Shown here piece by piece: positions 48,241 through 58,606 of a stretch of DNA of 64,000 nt (position 1 is the stretch's first letter; each line of letters opens with the position of its first letter). The DNA is from Rhodothermales bacterium (GTDB lineage Bacteria > Bacteroidota > Rhodothermia > Rhodothermales > Bin80), in assembly GCA_965262785.1 (NCBI GenBank), contig OZ253559.1, positions 1,819,571 through 1,883,570 of the forward strand. Direction: 5' to 3'. A model generated the notes under the pieces. That model saw only the letters and a program-made list of their open reading frames with translations. It ran no database searches and was not told where the DNA came from. The position numbers and the translations under genes were made by a program.

Positions 48241-48963
48241 CTAGTCACCAAAGACATGTGCGACGAATGACTTGAGCAGGTAGTTGGCACGCGGCGTTTC
48301 CCGTAGCGCGGCAATGAATGACTCTATGGACATACCTGCAATGCCCTCCGTGTACTGCGGATAATTCCGCAGGCGGTCTTTCATCTCCTGAATTCGCAGC
48401 TCAGGGTGAAACTGTGTCGCATAGATCGGCTTGCCCAGTATGCAAAAGGCGTGATTGTCCACCAGTGGGCTGCCTGCCAGCCGGATAGCATCGGCCGGCA
48501 GGACGTCAACAGTGTCATGATGTCCTACCTGAGCATAGAAGGATGCACCCAAGTGGCGAAACACCGGGTCTCGTTGTCCAGCTTCCGTAAGCTGAAGCTC
48601 ACAGGTGCCAAGCTCAGCGCGCGTGATGTCGGTGACGACCGATCCGCCTAGGGCCTCGGCAAGCGCCTGAAACCCCCAGCAGGAGGCAAACGTCGGCTTA
48701 CTCAGGGCATGCAGATTTCGCATGGCATCAAGCGCATTCTCTAGCCAGAGGCCGCCCTCCGGTACCGAGTAGTCACCTGCGCCACCGATAAGTACCATGT
48801 CATGTGCCGCGAGAGCTGACGAAGTGGGCGGCTCCCTAATGAGGTCTATCGCCGTGATCTCCCCAGGGAAACAACCGAGCGCCCTCGCAAAGGCTCCGAC
48901 CTCGTGCTCGCGCATGGTGTCGTCCGGCCGCCGCATCTGAAACAGCAAGTAACGTATGCTCAT
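48241..48963 (-). CDS. class I glutamine amidotransferase-like protein
   Basis: Nucleophile elbow SCWGFQALAE and QFHPE are present. 240 aa. Confidence 0.7.
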   Translation of the reverse strand: MSIRYLLFQMRRPDDTMREHEVGAFARALGCFPGEITAIDLIREPPTSSALAAHDMVLIGGAGDYSVPEGGLWLENALDAMRNLHALSKPTFASCWGFQALAEALGGSVVTDITRAELGTCELQLTEAGQRDPVFRHLGASFYAQVGHHDTVDVLPADAIRLAGSPLVDNHAFCILGKPIYATQFHPELRIQEMKDRLRNYPQYTEGIAGMSIESFIAALRETPRANYLLKSFVAHVFGD

Positions 48964-49025
48964 GTCCTGTCTGCCGTGCTTTTGCCTTGAGCTACTGTAC
49001 TTATTCTGCGCAACTAGTGATCAGA

Positions 49026-50414
49026 CTAAGGAGACTGGTGGTTTGGAGCGACCCCCATGGCGGCCGCCAGCGTGATCTGGCTTACGCGGTAATTATACAC
49101 CGCTTCATCCCGCAATTGCAGCGCCTTCAGATAGTTGCGTTGCAAGTCTATAAGCACCGTCAGCGACGCCTCCCCCAGCGTATACGCCGTCTGGATCCGC
49201 TGTTGCAGGTCTTCAACCCGGACTAAGTACTGCTGTTCTATGAGTCTCACGCGCTCAGCTGCGGTGTTGACTGCGGCTACCGCTAGTGAAACCTCGGTCT
49301 TCACGGAAGCCCCAATTTGGTGCAGCTTGGCCACCAATTCTTCGTGCGCCGCCTTCGCGTGCGCCAAGCCGCCGCCGTCCAGTCCGCCCCAAAGCGGCAG
49401 GCCGACCGCAATTCCTGCATCCAGCCGGTTGCCATTAAGGTCGCTGCGGTATCCGCCTGCGAGTTTCAAGTTTGGGATACGCAAAGCACGTTGCAATGAC
49501 ACGTTTACCAATGCTCGGTCCACTTCGTGTGCTGCCGCTTGCAGGTCCGGGCGGTAGCGCATGGCCGCACTCTGCACGGCTTCCATCGGGTGTAGCACGC
49601 CATCGAGGGTTGCGATAGGTATGCCCTCGGGGTCTACCAGCGTGGCCACCTCGAGTGAGTCGGCGGCATGCACCGGCTGCCGTACGTTACTGGCACCAAT
49701 GAGTGACAAGAGTACTATCTGTGCTTGTCCCAATGCAAGAGAAGCCTGTAGCATGTCGTCCTGCAGACGGACCTGCTCAGTCTGAAGTCGCAAGAGCTCT
49801 GTGGCCGCGGCATCGCCTTCAGCAACCCGCTCGGCAACCAGGTCGATGACCGTGCCGATCCGGTCGTGTGCAACGTTCATTGCACGGAATTCTGACTCGG
49901 AACGTGCCAGTGAAAAGTATGCGACGCCCACTGCTACGTGCAAAGTGCGCCGGACATCTGCGATGCCGGCGCGTGCAACCTGGAGGCTGGCCTCGGCAGC
50001 TTCCACGCGATAGCGGCGCTTGCCGGCAGTTTCGATCTTCTGTCCAAGGAGTGCGATCCACTGGGCCAGCGCCGGCGAGCTATCCCCGCGCTGGGAAAGG
50101 CTATAGACGTTTTCCGACTCGAGAATTACTTCGGGATTCGGCCGTGCACGGGCTCGGAGAACCTGAGCGTCAAAAACCCCCTCTCCACGTTGTGCAGCTA
50201 GATAATGGGGGTTCGCCGTTTCTGCAAGCCGGATGGCGTCGTCAAAACGTAGCGACGTGGGTATATCCTGCCCCGCTGCGCTCGGCGTTAGCCAAAAGCA
50301 CAACAGTGCTGCTACGCTCCAAATGAACACCTCGCAACTGCGTCGCAACCCCGCGTATTCAATGCTTGGTTCCGCACCGGGCCACGCGATGATCAAAGCA
50401 GTTTGCGAACTCAC
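49026..50414 (-). CDS. TolC/CzcC-family outer-membrane efflux protein
   Basis: Two OEP-type repeats with long coiled helices (..YLAAQRGEGVFDAQVLRARA.., ..DLQAAAHEVDRALVNVSLQRA..). The start is uncertain. Confidence 0.65.
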   Translation of the reverse strand: MSSQTALIIAWPGAEPSIEYAGLRRSCEVFIWSVAALLCFWLTPSAAGQDIPTSLRFDDAIRLAETANPHYLAAQRGEGVFDAQVLRARARPNPEVILESENVYSLSQRGDSSPALAQWIALLGQKIETAGKRRYRVEAAEASLQVARAGIADVRRTLHVAVGVAYFSLARSESEFRAMNVAHDRIGTVIDLVAERVAEGDAAATELLRLQTEQVRLQDDMLQASLALGQAQIVLLSLIGASNVRQPVHAADSLEVATLVDPEGIPIATLDGVLHPMEAVQSAAMRYRPDLQAAAHEVDRALVNVSLQRALRIPNLKLAGGYRSDLNGNRLDAGIAVGLPLWGGLDGGGLAHAKAAHEELVAKLHQIGASVKTEVSLAVAAVNTAAERVRLIEQQYLVRVEDLQQRIQTAYTLGEASLTVLIDLQRNYLKALQLRDEAVYNYRVSQITLAAAMGVAPNHQSP

Positions 50415-50432
50415 AGGCCCTGATTTGTCGCG

Positions 50433-51062
50433 TTACGCGTGGCCATGGCCATTGCCGTTATCGTGGCGATGGTGGCTGAGGCTTCGATGGAAGATGACAT
50501 GGAGCAGTGAGCCGCTCACGAAGAACTGATAGAATTCTGCCGTCTCGTTGTCAGCCATGATATCACCAAGCAGCGTGTAGCCCAGAATGGTTGCCACCAG
50601 GATTGCAAGGACGCTAAGGCTGGCCAAGTAGAACCCGTATTTCGGGCGCACGAGCCAGTAAACCATAAGACCAACAGCCGTGCGGTGCAGCACGAGCGCC
50701 AAAATCAGGTCCGTGCTGTCGCCCTTCAGTACGGCTGACTCAATGATTACGTGTACGGCCAACCCGGAAATTCCAATGGCCAGCGCAGCGGAATCCGTCT
50801 TCCTGGCAAAGAAGTTGGAGGCACGCTCAAGGACCAGAGGTGCGCCCAGACCGCCCAGCACCAGCATGGATGCAATGAGGATCTCGTCAGGCCACGCGTG
50901 CGAATAGATGTGGAATAAGACGAGCAGCGGTACGGCGAAAAACATGAATCGGTCGAACCACCTGGTAACCGTCGGCAGCGTGTGCAACACCGGGTAAAGC
51001 AAGGCGCCAAACGCAGGCGCCAACAGCGCCGCTATTAGCGCTGAAGTGAATTCAAACGGCAT
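50433..51062 (-). CDS. polytopic membrane protein with a His-rich C-terminal tail (putative metal transporter)
   Basis: About 6 hydrophobic helices. The C-terminus is HRSLSHHRHDNGNGHGHA. It lies immediately upstream of the TolC/CzcC-like gene on the same strand. Confidence 0.4.
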   Translation of the reverse strand: MPFEFTSALIAALLAPAFGALLYPVLHTLPTVTRWFDRFMFFAVPLLVLFHIYSHAWPDEILIASMLVLGGLGAPLVLERASNFFARKTDSAALAIGISGLAVHVIIESAVLKGDSTDLILALVLHRTAVGLMVYWLVRPKYGFYLASLSVLAILVATILGYTLLGDIMADNETAEFYQFFVSGSLLHVIFHRSLSHHRHDNGNGHGHA

Positions 51063-51423
51063 AGTCGTAGGCTATTGCGGTGATGCAGGCTTCTTGTGTG
51101 CTCCTTACGGTGCAAAAGAGCGGTAAGCACCTGGTCCAGATCCGTGTTCAAGTATGTGAGGGCGCGGTCACCCGGTTTCGTACCATCACGCGGAGGAAGA
51201 AGGCCAATATCCCGGGCGAAGATACCGTTTTAGACTGTAACTGCGTCGTTTGGCATCTCGATTCATTTCTCTAGCAGTCATTCCAAGCCGGGGCGGTTCA
51301 CTGGTACCTCGGTCCCCGTGTCCGTGAAAATAGTTTGGCGCATGTGCAGTTGCAACCGAACCGCCAGAAGGGATGGTCCATAACGTTGACCCATGCGTAG
51401 AAAGCCCGAAATCAGCATGTGCT

Positions 51424-52326
51424 ATGGACAGGCTACTCATCTCGGACTCACGAACACTACCTGCGGATCTGCGGCAGTGGGGTGCGCTACTGGACGCAGG
51501 CACCCTGGCCCTATCGGATGCCACCGTGCCGTTGCCTCGACGCGCGGCAAGGTGGCTGCTGGAAGGCATCCTGGGGATAAGCGCGGCCAGCCTTATCGCT
51601 TATCCGGAGCAAGAAGCGAGTGCCGATGAAGTGGAGCGTTTCTCTGAAGCCATCAGGCGCTGCCGCCATCATGAGCCGCTCCAATATGTCTTGGGACATG
51701 CTGACTTCTGCGGCCTCAGGCTGCACGTGACACCGGATGTCCTGATACCGAGACCCGAAACCGAGCTTCTTGTTCAAGCTGCTCTCGCGCGCATGGCCAA
51801 ACTTCCTAACCCCCGTGTGCTTGATGTGGGCACCGGCAGTGGCTGTATCGCGTTGGCGCTCAAGCACGCGCGATCAGATGCCTATGTGGTGGCATGTGAT
51901 AATAGCCGCGCCGCGCTTCGCGTCGCTAAAGGGAATGCGCGGCTGCTAGGGCTGGCGGTGTCTTTTGTGCATGCAGACATATTGGCCTCTTTGCTAGAGC
52001 CGGCAGCCAAAGGGCCCTTTGACCTCATTGTGTCCAATCCTCCGTACGTACCAGATGCGGAATTCGGAGCGCTGCCAGCCAACGTGCGCGACTTTGAACC
52101 TGTCGAGGCGCTCGCTTGTGGAGATGACCCGTTACGTTTCTACCGCGCCATCGCCAAGCAACGCCGCCACCTGTGTCCAGGTGGCTACCTGGTGCTGGAA
52201 GTGCATGCTGACTACGCTGCCCAAGTGCGACAACTGTTGGTGGATTCTGGCTTCAGTACTTCGGCCATGCATCAGGATTTGGCAGGAAGGCCACGTATGG
52301 TCACGGCCGTCTCGGCAGGCAACTAA
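51424..52326 (+). CDS. prmC: release factor glutamine methyltransferase
   Basis: SAM-binding VLDVGTGSGCIA and the NPPY motif (VSNPPYV). An internal ATG is preferred. Confidence 0.85.
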   Translation: MDRLLISDSRTLPADLRQWGALLDAGTLALSDATVPLPRRAARWLLEGILGISAASLIAYPEQEASADEVERFSEAIRRCRHHEPLQYVLGHADFCGLRLHVTPDVLIPRPETELLVQAALARMAKLPNPRVLDVGTGSGCIALALKHARSDAYVVACDNSRAALRVAKGNARLLGLAVSFVHADILASLLEPAAKGPFDLIVSNPPYVPDAEFGALPANVRDFEPVEALACGDDPLRFYRAIAKQRRHLCPGGYLVLEVHADYAAQVRQLLVDSGFSTSAMHQDLAGRPRMVTAVSAGN

Positions 52327-52351
52327 CCGCAGAGCCAAGTTCAACCAGCTC

Positions 52352-53191
52352 ATGACAACAAGAATCGCACTCATTCAGCAGCAGGCAACGCACGACCTGG
52401 ATGGCAACCTCTTCCGAGGCCTGAAAAAGCTTGAAGAGGCCGCTGCAGGCGGTGCTGTGCTCGTAGCATACCCGGAGTTGGCATTTACGCCATTCTATCC
52501 TCAACATGTAGCAGGCCCGCGCGTGTTGGACCTTGCTGAGCAGGTACCCGGGCCTACGACGGCAGCCTTTTGCGAGGCCGCGCGTCGACTGGGCGTCGTC
52601 GTCGTACTCAATCTCTACGAGCGTGCGGGGAACCTAGCCTATGACACCTCGCCCGTCATCGACGCGGACGGCACGATTGTAGGCCGCACCCGCATGATGC
52701 ACATCACCGACTATGAGGGGTTTCACGAGCAGGGCTACTATGCGCCTGGTAACACGCTGGCGCCGGTTTACCAGACGGCTGCCGGACGAATTGGCGTGGC
52801 GATCTGCTATGACCGCCATTACCCTGAATACCTGCGCGCGCTGGCGCTGGGTGGTGCGGACCTGGTAGTGGTGCCGCAGGCTGGCGCGCTTGGCGAATGG
52901 CCAGAAGGGCTCTTCGAAGCTGAACTTCGCGTGGCCTCCTTTCAGAATGGATACTACATGGCACTCGCAAACCGCGTGGGCAAGGAAGATGTGCTTCACT
53001 TCGGAGGCGGTTCCTTTGTCACCGATCCCGCGGGCTACGTCATTGCGCAGGGGCCCGAAGACGAGGATGCGATTGTCTACGCGGACATAGATTACGCGCG
53101 CTGTGCCACTTCGCACGCCAGGCGCCTCTTCTTACAGCACCGCCGCGGCGAGGTCTACGAGGGCGGTGCGGTACGCCTTATCACGGACTAG
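52352..53191 (+). CDS. carbon-nitrogen hydrolase family protein (nitrilase/amidase superfamily)
   Basis: IALIQQ..., AYPELAF (Glu) and VAICYDRHYPE (Cys) are present. The internal ATG at 52352 is preferred to the ORF-track start inside prmC. Confidence 0.8.
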   Translation: MTTRIALIQQQATHDLDGNLFRGLKKLEEAAAGGAVLVAYPELAFTPFYPQHVAGPRVLDLAEQVPGPTTAAFCEAARRLGVVVVLNLYERAGNLAYDTSPVIDADGTIVGRTRMMHITDYEGFHEQGYYAPGNTLAPVYQTAAGRIGVAICYDRHYPEYLRALALGGADLVVVPQAGALGEWPEGLFEAELRVASFQNGYYMALANRVGKEDVLHFGGGSFVTDPAGYVIAQGPEDEDAIVYADIDYARCATSHARRLFLQHRRGEVYEGGAVRLITD

Positions 53192-53718
53192 TCTGTGGCA
53201 TAGCCTTCTGGTGGCGCATTCCTATACGCACCGCTGGCGATGTACTGCAAGGCCTGTCCAAACGGCTCAAGCGCCGTGTAGCCATCCAAGCGCGTGACAT
53301 ACGTGCCTTCTTCATTCAGGAAAACCGTTGTGGGCGTCCCTGAAGCACCAAGGGCGTATCCGAGCTCCTGTGATGTGAAGGTATATCCCATAAAGTCGTG
53401 CTGCGTCTCGCCGTCATCAATGTTGAGACGACCGTATGCAAAATTATGCTGTACATAGGCAGCAAGGGTCGGGTTGCCGTAGACTTCTTGTTGCATCCTG
53501 GCGCACCAACCACACCACGGCGCGTAGATATCAATCAGGACCGGCTTGTCCTGCTCTTTGCCCACCGCTACCGCTTCATCAAAGGACGGCCATGGAAACG
53601 GCGTGATGTTCGCTACCGTCATCGGGTCCGATGAGGGAGGTGGTCCCTCGGCCTCATCGGACTGCGCACAGCCTGCAGCCAGCGTCACGACCAACAAGAA
53701 TACTCTGCTACGGGTCAT
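53188..53718 (-). CDS. thioredoxin-fold lipoprotein
   Basis: Lipoprotein-type signal LVVTLAAGCAQ and the block VLIDIYAPWCGWCARM. Confidence 0.7.
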   Translation of the reverse strand: MTRSRVFLLVVTLAAGCAQSDEAEGPPPSSDPMTVANITPFPWPSFDEAVAVGKEQDKPVLIDIYAPWCGWCARMQQEVYGNPTLAAYVQHNFAYGRLNIDDGETQHDFMGYTFTSQELGYALGASGTPTTVFLNEEGTYVTRLDGYTALEPFGQALQYIASGAYRNAPPEGYATD

Positions 53719-54845
53719 CTCTGAAGAAGTGCGTGGTAAGCCGTCGTGAAGCGCTGTGATGCAACGGACCAGCTGTACGTCTCAAATACACGCGGCGTGT
53801 TAGCACGCCATTTTTTGCGTAGCTCCACGTTATTGGCGCACTGCTGCAGCGCTTGCACTAGCGAATGGCGATCGGATGGGCGCACGACCATACCCACCTG
53901 AAAGTGCTCAACAACGCGCCTCATCTCGCGCAAGTCGCTTGCCAGAACGGGTACACCTGCCATCAGATACTCAAACAGCTTGTTGGGCAACGCATACTGA
54001 TGGTTGAGGCATGTGTCTTCAAGCAGTGTGACGCCGAGGTCTGCATCCGCGGTTACTGGCAACAGTGCATCAGGAGGCATCGGATCCACCAGTCGAACGC
54101 GCTTGTGGATGCCATGCTCCCGTACCGCCCGTGCCAGCGCAGGCATTTGTGGCCCCCTGCCCATGAAGACCAGGACGGCCCCATCGACATCGCGCATCGC
54201 ATCCAGCAGCAAAAAACACCCCCGGCTCTTCTGGATGCTGCCCTGGTGCAGTATGAGAAATGAATTGCTATCAATCTTGGCCCTTTGGCGCAGGGTACCG
54301 GAGGGACGGGGACACTGCGATTCTGGCACGTTGTATAAGACATCCGGACGGGCAATGCCGTAGGTCGTTTGCAGCTGCGCCGCTATGCTGTCGCTTACCG
54401 TGAATACCGTGTCCGCAGCCCGAATGTCGCGGCGCTCAATCCGGTGCCAAAAGGCACGAACCCATGGCCTCCCGGCCGTTGACGCAACATGGGGATACAA
54501 CTCTCGCGCGTCATAGACCAGAGCGCTCTCGTACTTGGTGGCCGCCAAGCGCATGGCACGCAGGCAGTAGAGATCGCTTGCATGAAAGACGCGCGCCTTC
54601 TGGCCGCGAGCGGCCTCAAGAAACAGTCGGTGTACCTTCCAAAAGAAGCGGGGACCACCGCCCGTTGGGCGCGGCAAATAGCGCAGATGCACCCCGTCGT
54701 CAAGGAAAGGCGTTCCCGCATCGTGGCCCAGTGCAAAGACAGTCACCGTAAGCCCAAGCGAGCGAAGAAGTCGAAGCTGCCTGATGGCCCGGGAGTTGCG
54801 ACGAACATCGCCCGTGAGCGTAAACACTACATCAGTTGGTGGCAT
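53715..54845 (-). CDS. glycosyltransferase family 4 (GT-B)
   Basis: C-terminal EX7E-like region LPNKLFEYLMAGVPVLAS. 376 aa. Confidence 0.75.
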   Translation of the reverse strand: MPPTDVVFTLTGDVRRNSRAIRQLRLLRSLGLTVTVFALGHDAGTPFLDDGVHLRYLPRPTGGGPRFFWKVHRLFLEAARGQKARVFHASDLYCLRAMRLAATKYESALVYDARELYPHVASTAGRPWVRAFWHRIERRDIRAADTVFTVSDSIAAQLQTTYGIARPDVLYNVPESQCPRPSGTLRQRAKIDSNSFLILHQGSIQKSRGCFLLLDAMRDVDGAVLVFMGRGPQMPALARAVREHGIHKRVRLVDPMPPDALLPVTADADLGVTLLEDTCLNHQYALPNKLFEYLMAGVPVLASDLREMRRVVEHFQVGMVVRPSDRHSLVQALQQCANNVELRKKWRANTPRVFETYSWSVASQRFTTAYHALLQR

Positions 54846-54905
54846 CAGGCCTAGCGCTCGATTTGGATGCGTCCTTGCGTGCGATTATACTTGTAGCACA
54901 TCCGT

Positions 54906-55736
54906 TTGGGCCGCCAACGCGAAGGTGCCCCGATACAGATTCTGCGGCGCTTGCTGAGACTTATGCGAACTGTACGCGGCTGGACCCGAATTCTGTGGGT
55001 AATCGCGCTGATGACCGGCTGGGCCGTCATCACGACGGCAGGAGCCTGGCTGCAGCATCCGTTGAATCGGGCACGGTTTCGGGCCCGGCAGCAGCGTATC
55101 GCGGCGCGCATTCTGTGCAGGGCAGCGGGTTTTCGGGTTACAACGGCAGGCAAGGCACCTCCCGCAGGGCCTATGCTGTACGTATCCAACCACATTACCG
55201 CGTTGGACCCAATCTGGATCGGCACCCAAGTCGAAGTATCTTTTGCGGGCAAGATGGAGATCACCGGGTGGCCGGTTTTGGGGTGGATTGCCAACACGCA
55301 CGGTATCATCGGCGTAGAGCGCGGCCGGCGTAGCTTTGCCCGCGATTTTGTTGACGCGATCAGGCGCCGCCTGGCGGCGGGCGTGCCAGTAATGGTGTTC
55401 CCAGAAGGGGGGATTGGTTGGGGGGACACGTTGCTGCCCTTTAAGACCAGTGCGTTCGAGGCGGTCGCGGGCAGTGAAACAGGTCGCGTGCAGCCGGTAT
55501 TCATGGATGTTGTTGCGTTGGACGGGCAGCCGACACCGGACGGCGAGGGACGATTTATGCTTTCATACAACCATCATGACACCCTGTTCGGGCATCTGGC
55601 TCATGTCTTCAGCTACCGCCGCGTGGAGATAGAGGTGCACTTCGGTCAGCCACTCAGCGCAGCGCTCATGAAGCGAAAAACACTGGCAGACAAGACGCAT
55701 GCTGCGGTGGTACTGCTCCAGCAGCAGAAACAATAG
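54906..55736 (+). CDS. lysophospholipid (1-acyl-sn-glycerol-3-phosphate) acyltransferase family
   Basis: HX4D motif (VSNHITALDP) and the block FPEGG. The start is uncertain. Confidence 0.7.
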   Translation: MGRQREGAPIQILRRLLRLMRTVRGWTRILWVIALMTGWAVITTAGAWLQHPLNRARFRARQQRIAARILCRAAGFRVTTAGKAPPAGPMLYVSNHITALDPIWIGTQVEVSFAGKMEITGWPVLGWIANTHGIIGVERGRRSFARDFVDAIRRRLAAGVPVMVFPEGGIGWGDTLLPFKTSAFEAVAGSETGRVQPVFMDVVALDGQPTPDGEGRFMLSYNHHDTLFGHLAHVFSYRRVEIEVHFGQPLSAALMKRKTLADKTHAAVVLLQQQKQ

Positions 55737-55775
55737 CATGGACAAAAGGGTACTTCGAACGCTTAACTTGGGGAC

Positions 55776-57296
55776 ATGGAAATACCTGGCGGTCAACTGC
55801 TCCACCGGAATCTGATCGGTGTCGGCCTGGTCCTTGCGGGACTGCTGGCGGGCGTACTCCTTATGCAGTTCACTCAGCAGGCGCGTCCCGATTTCCCGGC
55901 TGAACTGCGTACGGTGGAGTTCCACAAGAACGCTCCGTTGCTGGCGGAGCGGGAGGTAAGCACCGCCGGCGTATTGCAACTCAATGAGCAGTTCAAGCAG
56001 GTTTCACACGATGTAAAGCGTGCCGTAGTGTCCATCCACGCGGCCAGTAGCTGGTACAGTGTACCGTGTGCCATCCTCAAACGGCGAAGCAAGGAGTACC
56101 GGGACCGGGAGAGTTTGGGCAGTGGCGTGCTGATCAGCCCGCAGGGTTACATCGTCACCAACTACCACCTTGTTGAAGATGCGTGTGGGCTGCGAGTGAC
56201 GTTCTTGGACAAGGAGGAGTACGAAGCCGAAGTGGTGGGGGTAGACCAGTCCACTGACCTTGCCGTGGTTCGCATCATGCTGAAACCGGGCAAAGAGGTG
56301 AAGCCGTTGCCTTTGGGCGACTCAGACGAGGTGCAGACCGGAGAATGGGTGCTGGCAGTGGGAAACCCCCTGGCCCTTACTTCTACCGTAACGGCCGGCA
56401 TCGTTAGCGCCCTCGGGCGACATGTCAACATCATTCAGGACGAGTCCAACGTTGAAGACTTCATCCAGACCGATGCCGCAATAAATCCGGGCAATTCGGG
56501 TGGGGCACTCGTAAACCTTCAGGGAGAACTTATCGGCATCAACACGGCGATTGCTACGCAGACAGGATACAACGAAGGGTACGGGTTTGCTATCCCGGTC
56601 AACCTGGTCAACCGCGTCGTGCGAGACTTGATTACTTACGGTGAGGTGAAGCGCGGCTATGTGGGCGCGCGCTTCGAGCGTGTAGATGCCCGATTTGCTG
56701 AAGAACTTGGCCTGCAGGAGGTTCGCGGCGTGTACCTGGACTACGTGGTACGAGAGGGCGCAGCTCACCAAGGGGGGTTGAGGGACGGCGATGTCATCCT
56801 GGCATTAGAGGGCAGGCCGGTCAATGAGCCTAATGAGCTACAGAGTGCCATTGCACAGTATCACCCGGGGGACAGTCTCACGGTACGCGCCTGGCGCCGT
56901 GGGATTACCCGGAACCACTTTGTTATCTTGGCTGGACAAGATGACCCGGGCGTTGCTGCATGGGTCAACAGCTTCCTCCGGCAAGAGCCGATCAGCGACC
57001 CGCACGGCGGAGAGTTGTTTCCCGTCGAACGCTGGGGGCTGGCCTTGCGGCAGCTGAATGACGAGGATAGGCTTCTTTTTGACGTAACTAGTGGTGTTTA
57101 TGTCTTCCACGTGCGTACCGGGTCGATTGCCAGCCGCGCAGGCGTCCTAGATCACGTCGTGCTGAAAGAGATCAATGGCGAAGCCGTCACCTCGGCGAGG
57201 GAAGCACAGAAGAAGCTGGAGGACGCGGAAGAGGTGCTTTTGACAATTCTGCATGAAGACGGGCAAGCCGTAGACCTTCGTTTGTCCGAAGGGTAA
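55776..57296 (+). CDS. HtrA/DegP-family serine endoprotease with two PDZ domains
   Basis: Triad context TNYHLV, DLAVVR and GNSGGALVN. An N-terminal TM anchor is present. Confidence 0.9.
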   Translation: MEIPGGQLLHRNLIGVGLVLAGLLAGVLLMQFTQQARPDFPAELRTVEFHKNAPLLAEREVSTAGVLQLNEQFKQVSHDVKRAVVSIHAASSWYSVPCAILKRRSKEYRDRESLGSGVLISPQGYIVTNYHLVEDACGLRVTFLDKEEYEAEVVGVDQSTDLAVVRIMLKPGKEVKPLPLGDSDEVQTGEWVLAVGNPLALTSTVTAGIVSALGRHVNIIQDESNVEDFIQTDAAINPGNSGGALVNLQGELIGINTAIATQTGYNEGYGFAIPVNLVNRVVRDLITYGEVKRGYVGARFERVDARFAEELGLQEVRGVYLDYVVREGAAHQGGLRDGDVILALEGRPVNEPNELQSAIAQYHPGDSLTVRAWRRGITRNHFVILAGQDDPGVAAWVNSFLRQEPISDPHGGELFPVERWGLALRQLNDEDRLLFDVTSGVYVFHVRTGSIASRAGVLDHVVLKEINGEAVTSAREAQKKLEDAEEVLLTILHEDGQAVDLRLSEG

Positions 57297-57333
57297 AGCG
57301 TAGGGCCACAATACGGGTACGGCGTCCACATAA

Positions 57334-58521
57334 ATGCCAGCACTTAGATTTCTGACAGCCGGTGAATCCCACGGTGAGGCGCTCATCGGAATCGTGGAAG
57401 GCATGCCTGCGGGCGTGCCTGTGACAGCAGAAGAGATAAACTGTCACCTCGCGCGGCGCTGGCTAGGGTTTGGTCGTGGTGGCCGGTCGAAGTTTGAGCG
57501 GGACCGGGTTCACATCTATTCAGGTGTCCGGTTCTGCAAGACGATTGCAGGTCCTATCGCACTCCGCCTGGATAACGCGGCCTACGCCAAAGACCGCGCG
57601 GGCTGGCCCACCGTCATGGCCGTGGACGGTGCCGGGGGCGAAGTTAAGCCCGTCACTTTGCCCAGGCCAGGCCATGCAGACTTGGTCGGTGTCCAGAAAT
57701 ACGGGTTTGATGACATTCGGCCCGTGATAGATCGGGCCAGCGCACGTGAAACAGCAATGCGCGTGGCCTGCTGCACCCTGGCACGGCTGTTCCTGAAGCA
57801 GTTCGGCATTGAGGTTGGCAGCCATGTGGTACGAATCGGGCAGGTCGGGTACGCCGCAGCAAGCGACTGGCGGAGTGCTGTGGATGCGCTCGTAGAAGCA
57901 TCCGGAGCAGAAGCCGTCAGCAGTCAGGCGGACAGGAGCGAGGTGCGAATGCTCGATAAAACCCTGACAGCCGAGTGCGTGGACCACATCAAGAACACAA
58001 AGCGCCAAGGGGATTCGCTAGGCGGAGCGTACGAAGTCTTGGTGTCGGGCGTACCTCCCGGCCTGGGTTCCTACGTGCATTGGGAGCATCGGCTGGGCGG
58101 GCGGCTGGCGCAGGCCATTCTGTCCATCCAGGCCCAGAAAGCAGTTGAGATCGGTGATGGCATTGCGGGCGCAATGACGCCGGGTTCAATGGTTCATGAT
58201 CCAATCTACAAGGCGGAAGGAGCCTTCCGGCGGCGCACGAACCATGCCGGTGGCATCGAGGGAGGCATCTCCAACGGAATGCCGATAATCGTGCGTGGCT
58301 TCATGAAGCCGATTCCCACGCTCATCAAGCCGCTTGAAACGGTTGACCTCGACACAGGCGAATCGCAGCCGACACGCTATGAGCGAAGTGACGTAACGAG
58401 CGTGCCGGCGGCATCTACGGTTGCCGAAGCCACAGTAGCCTTTGTTATAGCCAGCGCATTCCTTGAAAAGTACGGAGGAGACAGCCTGCAGGAAGTCAGG
58501 GCGCACTATGCTGGAGCGTGA
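57334..58521 (+). CDS. aroC: chorismate synthase
   Basis: LTAGESHGEAL, GRGGRSKFERD.. and RASARETAMRVA signatures are present. Confidence 0.9.
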   Translation: MPALRFLTAGESHGEALIGIVEGMPAGVPVTAEEINCHLARRWLGFGRGGRSKFERDRVHIYSGVRFCKTIAGPIALRLDNAAYAKDRAGWPTVMAVDGAGGEVKPVTLPRPGHADLVGVQKYGFDDIRPVIDRASARETAMRVACCTLARLFLKQFGIEVGSHVVRIGQVGYAAASDWRSAVDALVEASGAEAVSSQADRSEVRMLDKTLTAECVDHIKNTKRQGDSLGGAYEVLVSGVPPGLGSYVHWEHRLGGRLAQAILSIQAQKAVEIGDGIAGAMTPGSMVHDPIYKAEGAFRRRTNHAGGIEGGISNGMPIIVRGFMKPIPTLIKPLETVDLDTGESQPTRYERSDVTSVPAASTVAEATVAFVIASAFLEKYGGDSLQEVRAHYAGA

Positions 58522-58606
58522 GTGGTAGAGGGCTTGTCTGCGTTGGCGCGCAGGAGAAACCATCAGTGTTTGCACCAGAAGCCGAGTAGCAATAGGGATA
58601 CGCCAG

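Noticed and set aside
53188-53191. The convergent genes 52352..53191 (+) and 53188..53718 (-) share the tetranucleotide CTAG as overlapping stop codons.
   Set aside because: The overlap is real but trivial, and nothing suggests a regulatory role.
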